Shown here piece by piece: positions 1 to 9,000 of a stretch of DNA of 64,000 nucleotides. A model generated the notes under the pieces. It ran no database searches, had not been told where the DNA came from, and saw only the letters and a program-made list of their open reading frames with translations. The stretch spans positions 1,982,235 to 2,046,234 of the forward strand of contig OZ251464.1 in NCBI GenBank assembly GCA_965242595.1, given 5' to 3'. The position numbers were made by a program, and so were the translations under genes. This DNA is from Alphaproteobacteria bacterium. GTDB lineage: Bacteria > Pseudomonadota > Alphaproteobacteria > SP197. Each line of letters begins with the position of its first letter. Position 1 is the stretch's first letter.

Positions 1-3000
1 GATGGTGGTCGCCGCCCCCGACGGGCGCGACAGGGTAGCGCGGACAGTCGCCGCCCCGCCGCTCTCCGAGATCGCCGCCGGCGACAGCGCCAGCGTCACC
101 CCCGGCGCATCGTCGTTGTCGGTGGTGGTCACAGACACATCCACGTCGGCGATGCCGTTGTAGTCGGAGCCGCTGGCGCTGGAAGTATCCAGGCGCACAT
201 CCCAGGTGACGGTGCCGTCGTCGATATTGTCGTCCACCCCGGTCACCGTCACCACCTGATTGGTGTTCCAGTTGCCCGAACTCCCGGCCGTGAAGGTCAG
301 GGCGGAAGGCGATACCCGGCCCTCGCCGGCATCCTGGCTGGTCACCGTCACCGTCACCGCCTGCGAAGACATCGTGGCCTGGCCGGGATCCGTCGCCAGC
401 TTCACGGTGAAACTCGCCTGCCCGCGCCCCTCGCTCGCCTGGCCGGTCACCGTGCCCACATCCAGGCCCAGCTCGTCGTCGGCGTTGACGGCATAGATGA
501 ACACGTCGGAGAGCGCGTCGTAGAAGCTGTCGGCCGTGTCGGCCGTGTTCACCGCCAGCGTCACCCGGTAGTTCTGGCTGCCGTCGGCCGTGCCGGGCGA
601 GGGATCGTTCACCCCGGTCAGCGTCACCGTCTGCGCCGTCTGCCAGTCGCTGGAGGTGAAGGTCAGCGACGACGGCGACGCCGTGCCCTCGCCCGTGTTC
701 GAGCTGGTGACATCGATCACCACATTCGCGGTCGGCCCGGTGGCCAGGGTGATGTCCACCGTGGCCGTGCTGCCATCCTCCGAGGTTCGCAGCCGCGAAC
801 TGGTGCTGGTGGTCTCCGACATGACGATGGCCGCCTGGTCGTCGTCGCTGATGGTCAGGGACGCGCCGGTCACGCTGCCCACGCCGTGGCCGTTGGTCGC
901 CGCCGCCCCCACCGTCACCATGTTGTCTGTCGCATCCACCTGGTTGTTCACGGCCGTGATCGTCACCGTGCCGCTGGCGGTGGTGGCGCTGGCGGCGATC
1001 ACGATCCGCCCCGCCGCCCCCGCCGGCACCGTGAAGACCCCGCTCTGCGCCGTCACCGTCACCGTGGTCGGCTGGCTGGAAGGCCGCTCCAGAACCGCCG
1101 AGACCGCCGCCGCGCCGCCATTCTCGGTGATCGTGGCCGGCTGGACCGAAAGCGTCACCCCCGGCGCCGCATCGTCGTCCTCCAGCGTCAGCGTCGCCCC
1201 GGTCACGCTGCCCGCGCCCCGGTCGTTGGTCAGCGTCGCCGTCACCGTCGCCGTCCGGTTGGGTTCGTCGATATCGTTATCCACCGCCGTGATCGCCGCC
1301 GTGTCGCTGGCGGCGGCGGTGGCGAAGGCCGCGATCACGATGGTGGCGTCCGAACCCACCCGATAGGCCGCGCCCTGCGCCGCCATCACCGTCACCGTGG
1401 TCGCCACCGCCGAGGCCCGCGACAGGGTGGCGCTCACCGCCGACGTGCCACCGTTCTCGGAAATCGAGGCGGGAGAAAGCGCCAGCACCGCCCCCGGCGC
1501 CGCGTCGTCGTCGTTCAGCCTCAGCGTGGCGGCGGTGACGGCCATGGTGGTGGAATCGGCGCTGGCCCGGTCGTTCGTCACGATGGCCGTCACATTCGCC
1601 TGGCGACCGGGGCTGCCCTGGTGAACGTTGTCGTTCACCGCCGTGATCGTCACCGTCCCCGAGGCGTTCACCGTATCCCCAGCCGCGATCACGATCTGCC
1701 CCGCCGCCCCCGACGGCACCGTGAACGCCCCGGTCACGCCCGTCACCGTGATGGTGGTCGCCGCCCCCGACGGGCGCGACAGGGTGGCGCGCACCGTCGC
1801 CACCCCAGCGTTCTCCGAGATCGCCGCCGGCGTGAGCGCCAGCGTCACCCCCGGCGCCGCGTCATTGTCGGTGGTGGTTACAGGCACATCCACATTCGCC
1901 AGCGCGTTGTAGTTGGTATCGCCGCTGGCGGGGTCCAGCCGCACATTCCAGGTGACGGTGCCGTCGTCGATATTGTCGTCCTCCCCGGTCACCGTCACCG
2001 CCTGGGTCGTGCTCCAGTCGCCCGGCTGGAACGTCAGGGTGGAGGGCGAGACCCGGCCCTCGCTGGCATCCTGGCTGCTCACCGTCACCGTCACCGCCTG
2101 CGCCGGCTGGGTTCGCAGCCTCACGGTGAAGCTCGCCGTCCCACCCCCCTCGGTGGCCTGGCCGCTCACCGTGCCCGTCACCAGGCCGTATTCGTCGTCG
2201 TGGTTGACGGCATAGACGGTCGCGGTCGCAACCATGTCATAGGTGTCGTCGGCCGTGTTGGTCTGATCCACCTCCACCGTCACCTGGTAGTTCTGGCTGC
2301 CATCGGCAAGGGTATCGTCCTGGCCGGTCAGGGTCGCGGTCTGGGCCGTCTGCCAGTTGCTGGCCGTGAAGGTCAGCGACCCGGGCGAGACCGCCCCCTC
2401 GCTCGTGCCGGAGCCGGCCACGGCCAGGTCCAGCTCCACATCGCCGGTGGGCTGGCTGGTCAGCGCCACGGTGAAACTCGCCGTCCCGCCCCCCTCGTCG
2501 GTTTGCAGCCGCGCCGTGGTGGAGGGGGTGGGCGCCAGCGCCAGGCCGGCCGTGTCGTCGTCGGTGATGGTCACCTGCGGGTGGGCGGCGGCGTTCACCC
2601 GGTGGTCGTTGGTCTCCCCGATAAGCACGTACGGCGCGTTGGCCCCCGCGTCCACATCGTTGTCCAGCGCCGTGATCGTCACCCTGTCCGCGCTGGTGGT
2701 GGCGCCGGCCGCGATCACGATCCTCCCCCCCGCGCCCGTCGGCACCGTGAAGATGTTTTGCAGCCCCTGCACCGTCACCGTGGTCGCCGCGCTCGACTTG
2801 CCCGACAGCACCGCCGACGCCGTCGTCATCCCACCATTCTCGGAAATCGACGCAGACGACAGCGTCACCGTCACCGTCGGCGCCGCCTCGTCGTTCTCCA
2901 GCGTCAGCGTGACAGCGGTCGGGTTCGCCACATTGTTGCCGCCCGCCGCCGTGCCGGAGACCGTCACCTGCTTGTTGGGCGCATCCACATCGTTGTCGCT

Positions 3001-6000
3001 GGCCGTCACCGTCACATCCCCGCCGCTGACGGTGACACCGGCGGCGATGGTCAGCGTCCTGGCGGCGGAAAGGGCGAAGTCCGCCGCCACCGCGCCCGTT
3101 CCGGGCGCCGCCGCCACCGTCACCGTCACCGCTTCGCTGGAGGCGCCCGAAAGCGTGGCCGTCACCGACGCCACCCCGTTCGTCTCCGAGATCGACGCCG
3201 GCGACAGCGCCAGGGCCAGTGTCGGCAGCGCGTCGTCGTCGCTCAGCGTCAGCGTGACAGCGGTCGGGTTCGCCACCCCATTGCCGCCCACCACCGTGCC
3301 GGAGACCGTCACCGACTTGTCCGGCGCATCCACCATGTTGTCGTTGGCCGTCACCGTCACCGCGCCGGCGCTGGTGGTGCTGCCGGCGGCGATGGTCAGC
3401 GTCTTGGCGGTGGAAAGGTCGAAATCGGCCGCCGCCGCCCCCGTCCCAGGCGCCGCATCCACCGTCACCGTCACCGCTTCGCTGGAGGCGCCCGAAAGCG
3501 TGGCCGTCACCGTCGCCACCCCGCCGTTTTCCGAGACCGCGCTGGCCGACAGCGCCAGGGCCACGGTCGGCAGCGCGTCGTCGTCGGTGAGCGTCAGGGC
3601 GACATCCGACGGGTTCGAAAGCAGGCCGTGGCCGCCCGCCACACTGGCGGAGATCGTCACCTGCTTGTCCGGCGAGTCCACCATGTTGCCATTGGCCGTC
3701 ACCGTCACCACGCCGCTGCTGGTGGTGGCGCCGGCGGCGATGGTCAGCGTCTTGGCCATGGAGAGCGTGAAATCGGCCGCCGACGCGCCGGTCCCGGGCG
3801 CTGCCGCCACCGTCGCCACCACCGCCTCGTCCGATTTGCCCGAAAGCGTGGCCGTCACCGTCGCCACCCCGCCGCTCTCCGAGATCGCCGCCGGCGCGCG
3901 GGCCAGTGTCAGTGTCGGGGTGGGGTCGTCGTCGTTCTTGGTGACATCCACCGTCTCGTCGTCCAGGCCGTTGTACTTGCCGTCGCTACTGGCCGGGTCC
4001 AGGGTAATCTCCACCGCCAGACTCGCCGGATCGTCCCGGTCGTCGTCCACCGCCGTCACCCGCAGCGTCTGGGTGGCGTTCCAGTCGCTGGCGCTGAACA
4101 CCAGCGTCTTCGCGGTCGCGAAGGCTTGCGCATTGGCGTCGCCGGCCGCCCTGGCCAGCCGCACCTCGTCGCCATCGCCGCTGGTCGCCGTCACCGTCAC
4201 CGCCGCCGTCGGCTTGCTGGTCAGCCTCACCGTGAAGGTCTGCTCCGCTCCGCCCTCCGTCACCGTCAGCGTGCTCTCGGAGACCGTCAGCCCGGCCACA
4301 TCCACATCGGTGGTGCGCACCGTCTGCGGGCGCACGCTGGCCCCGCCAATCACATGATAGGCATCTGTGGGCTCATCCGGCGTGTCCGGGAACAGGCGCA
4401 GTGTGTAGTCGTCGTCGCCATCCACCACCTGGTCGCTCACGCCGTGCAGCGTCACGGTCTGCGCCGTCTCCCAGTTGCTGGCGGTGAAGGTCAGCCGCGT
4501 CGATGCCGCCGCCGTCCCGCCCCCCGCAGACACCAGCCCCTCATCCGACTCGTCGCTTTTCACCGCCACCGTGATGTTGGTGGTGGGCTGGCTGTTCAGC
4601 TTCACGGTGAAGGTCTCGCTGGCCCCTTCGGCCACGCTCAGCCACACCGGACAGGGCGCCCGGCGGCAGCGCGGAAAGGCCGGGGCCGTCACCAGGGCGG
4701 CGCGGTCGTCCTCCCAGATCCGCAGTTCCACATCGGCCGGGGCGGCGATGGTCAGCGTACTGCTGGGGGCGCCCTTCACCACCACCTTCTTGCGGGTCAC
4801 TGTGTCGTCCACGAGGGAGTCGATACGGTCGTCCACGGCCGTAATCGTCACCACGCCGGTGCTGGCGGTGGCGCCAGCCGCAATGATCAGCTTGGTGTTG
4901 GCGGAAAAGCTGAAATCGTCCGCCGCCGCGTTGGTTCCCGCCGTCGCCGAGACGGCGATCGTCACCGCCGCGCTGGCCGGGGTGCTCAGCCGCGCCGTCA
5001 CCGTGGTCATGCGCTCGGAACCCGGCGCCGTGGCCAGCTCCTTGATGGCGTCCGCCTCGCCCGAGATCGGGTCCGACAGCGCCAGCGTCAGCGTCGCCGT
5101 GTCGTCGTCCTCCAGCGTCAGCGTCAGCGACGATGGCGTCCCCACGTTGTTGCCGCCCGTCACCATGCCGGAGACCGTCACCGACTTGTCAGGCGAATGG
5201 ACGTTGTTGCCATTGGCGGTCACCGTCACCGTGCCGGCGCTGGCGGTGGCGCCGGCGGCGATGGTGAGCTTCGTGTTGCTGGAAAGGTCGAAATCGGCCG
5301 CCGCCGCGTTGGCCCCGGGCGCCGCCCCCACCGTCACCGTCACCGCCTCGCTCGACTTGCCCGAAAGCGTCGCCGTCACCGTCGCCACCCCGCTGCTCTC
5401 CGAGATCGACGAAGACGACAGCGCCAGCGTCACCGTCGGCAGGCTTTCGTCGTCGGTCAGCGTCAGGGTGAGATTGGACGGCGCCGCTATGTTGTTGCCG
5501 CCCACCGCGGTGCCGGAAATCGTCACCGACTTGGGCCCCGAATGGCGGTCGTTGCTATTGGCCGTCACCGTCACCGTGCCGGCGCTGGCGGTGGTGCCGG
5601 CGGCGATGGTCAGCGTCTTGGCGCTGGAAAGGTCGAAATCGGCCGCCACCGCCCCGGTTCCGGCCGCCGCCCCCACCGTCACCGTCACCCCTTCGCTCGA
5701 CTTGCCCGAAAGCGTCGCCGTCACCGTCGCCACCCCGCCGGTCTCCGAGATCGAGGAGGACGACAAGGCCAGCGTCACCGTCGGCAAGGTTTCGTCGTCG
5801 CTCAGCGTCAGGGTGACATCCGATGGCGCCACCACCCCGTTGCCGCCCGTCACCGTGCCGGAGACCGTCACCGACTTGTCCCCCGAATGGACGTCGTTGC
5901 CGCTGGCCGTCACCGTCACCGTGCCGGCGCTGGTGGTCTGCCCGACGGCGATGGTCAGCGTCTTGGCGGCGGAAAGGCCGAAATCCGCCGCCACCGCCCC

Positions 6001-9000
6001 GGTCCCAGCCACCGCCCCCACCGTCACCGTCACCGCCTCGCTCGACTTGCCCGAAAGCGTCGCCGTCACCGTCGCCTCGCCGCCCTGCTCCGAGATCGAG
6101 CTCTCCGACAGCGCCAGCGTCACGATGGGCAGGGTTTCGTCGTCGGTCAGCGTCAGGGTGAGATTGGAAGGCGCCACCACCCCGTTGCCGCCCGTCACCG
6201 TGCCGGAGACCGTCACCGACTTGTCAGGCGAGTCCACATCGTTGCCATTGGCCGTCACCGTCACCACGCCGGCGCTGGCGGTGCTGCCGGCGGCGATGGT
6301 CAGCGTGGTTCCCGTCTGGGCGAAGTCCGCCGCCACCGCCCCGGTCCCGGCCGCCGCCCCCACCGTCACCGTCACCGCTTCGCTGGAGGCGCCCGAAAGC
6401 GTGGCCGTCACCGACGACACCCCGCCGGTCTCCGAAATCGAGCTTTGCGACAGCGCCAGGGTCACCGTCGGCAGGGTTTCGTCGTCGGTCAGGGTCAGGG
6501 TCGCCGTGGTGACGGCCATGGTGGTGGAATCGGCGCTGGCCTGGTCGTTCGCCACCGTCGCCGTCACCGTCGCCTGGCGACCGGAGCTGCCCTGATGCAC
6601 GCTGTCGTTCACCGCCATGACGGTCACCGTGTCGCTGGCGGCGGTGGTGTCGCCGGCGTCGATCACGATCTGCCCCGCCGCCCCCGACGGCACCGTGAAG
6701 GCCCCGGAAACCGCCGTCACCGTCACCGTGGTGGCCGCGCTGGAGGGATGCGAGAGCGTCGCCGAGACCACCGAGCTGCCGCCGTTCTCGGCAATCGAGT
6801 CATCCGACAGCGCCAGCGTCACCCCCGGCGCCGCCTCGTCGTCGCTGATGGTCAGCGTGACGTCGTCCGGATCCGACGCGCCATCGCCGCCATCTACGGT
6901 GGCGGAGACCGTCACCTCCTTATCCGGCGCGTCGGCGGTGTTGTTCATCGCCGTCAATGTCACCACGCCGGTGCTGGTGGTGGCAGCGGCGGCGATGGTG
7001 AGCAGGGTTCCCGCCTGGGTGAAATCGGTCCCCGCCCCGGGCGAAGCCGAAACCGTGACGGTGGTCCCTTCGTTGGCCGCCTTGTCCAGCGTCGCCGTCA
7101 CCGTCGCCACCCCGCCGTCCTCCGAGATCGAGCTCTCCGACAGCGCCAGCGTCACCGCCGGCTTGTCGTCGTCTATGACCGTCACCGTCACCCCGATGGG
7201 GCGCTGCGCATGGGCCACGTTCCGCCCCACATCGCCGAGTCCGTAGTCGGCCACGACGTATCTGAGGCGCAGGGTGTTGTCCTCGTGGCCGGAGTCCGCG
7301 AGGGCATTCACGGTCACCGTCTGGGGCGTGTCCCAGGTCGTGGTCGTGAAGGTGTAGTTTTGCCCCCTCATGGGGGATAGTTGATTGTCGCCCCCCAGCG
7401 CGAGGCCGATGTCGGGGTAGAGGCCGACGCTGACCCACTGCGCCAGCCCAGGAGGCGGTTCGGTGTCCAGGACAAAGGTGAACGTCTTGCTGGCGCCCTC
7501 CTCGGTCAGGGTCATGGTGGTGGGGTTGAAGGTCACGCCTGCCGTGTCGTCGTCGGTCAGCGTCAGGTCCACCGTGGCTGGCGCCGCCACCCCATGGCCG
7601 CCCGCCATGGTGGCGGAGATCGTCACCTGCTTGTCGTTCGTATCCACCAAATTGCCATTGGCCGTCACCGTCACCGTGCCGGCGCTGGCGGTCTGCCCGG
7701 CCGCGATAGTCAGCGTCTTGGCGCTGGAGAGGGTGAAATCGCCCGCCACCGCCCCGGTCCCGGCCGCCGCCCCCACCGTCGCCACCACCGCCGCGCTCGA
7801 TTTGCCCGAAAGCGTCGCCGTCACCGTCGCCACCCCGCCAGTCTCCGAGATCGACGAGGACGACAGCGCCAGCGTCACGGTGGGCAGGGTTTCGTCGTCG
7901 CTCAGCGTCAGCGTGACATCCGACGGCGCCGCCACCCCGTTGCCGCCCGTCGCCGTGCCGGAGACCGTCACCGATTTGTCCGGCGCATCCACATCGTTGC
8001 CATTGGCCATCACCGTCACATCGCCGCTGCTGGCGGTGCTGCCAGCGGCGATGGTCAGCGTCGTGGCGGCGGAGAGGTCAAAGTCGCCCGCCACCGCCCC
8101 GGTCCCGGCCGCCGCCCCCACCGTCACCACCACCGCTTCGCTCGACTTGCCCGAAAGCGTCGCCGTCACCGACGAAACCCCGCCGGTCTCCGAAATCGAC
8201 GCCGGCGACAACGCCAGGGCCACCGTCGGCAGCGTGTCGTCTTCCGTAATGGTCAGGGTGACATTCGCCGGGTTCCCCACGCCGTGGCCGCCCGCCACCG
8301 TGCCGGAGACCGTCACCGACTTGTTCGCCGCGTGGACATCGTTGTCTTCGGCCGTCACCGTCACATCGCCGCTGCTGGCGGTGGCATTGGCGGCGATGGT
8401 GAGCGTGTTCTCCATGGAGAGCGTGAAGTCGTCCGCCCCCGCCCCGGCCCCGGCCGCCGCCCCCACCGTCACCACCACCTCCGCGCTCGATGCGCCCGAA
8501 AGCGTGGCCGTCACCGACGCCACCCCGCCGTTTTCCGCAATCGACGCCGGCGCCAGCGCCAGCGTCACCATGGGCGCCGTCTCGTCGTCGGTGAGCGTCA
8601 GCGCCGCGCCGGTCACGGCCATGGTCTCCGAGTTGGCGGCTGCCTGGTCGTTGGCCGCCGTGCCCGTCACCGTGGTGGCGCGCCCGGCGCCGTCAGCGCC
8701 GCCCTGATACACGCTGTCGTCCACCGCCGCCACGGTCGCCGTGTCGCCAGCGTTCACGGTATCGCCAGCGGCGATGACGATCACAGCGTCCGAACCCACC
8801 GTATAGGCCCCGTCCACCGCCGTCACCGTCACCGTGGTATCCGCGCTGGAGGGATGGGAGAGCGCCGCCGCTACCGTGGTCTCGCCGCCGTTCTCGCCGA
8901 TCGAGGCTGCCGACAGGCTCAGCGTCACACCCGGGGCATCGTCGTCGTCGGTCAGCGTCAATGCGACCCCGGTCGGGGCCGCCACGCCATTGCCGCCGCT

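Noticed and set aside
886-7380. Very long plus-strand ORFs across the giant genes (886..7380 of 2164 aa; 20144..30496 of 3450 aa; 31490..38665; 44393..51670; 15143..19678; 38882..42436; 51740..56029; 7381..9798; and the many 60-700 aa ones).
   Set aside because: Their translations are R/G/H/P-rich low-complexity strings (RRHRHRGRRA…) or mirror images of the repeats (…VAVTVATPPFSEIEA…). The opposite strand encodes recognisable Calx-beta, FN3 and Ig-like domains, a signal peptide and a beta-barrel. These are antisense shadow ORFs typical of high-GC repetitive coding DNA.
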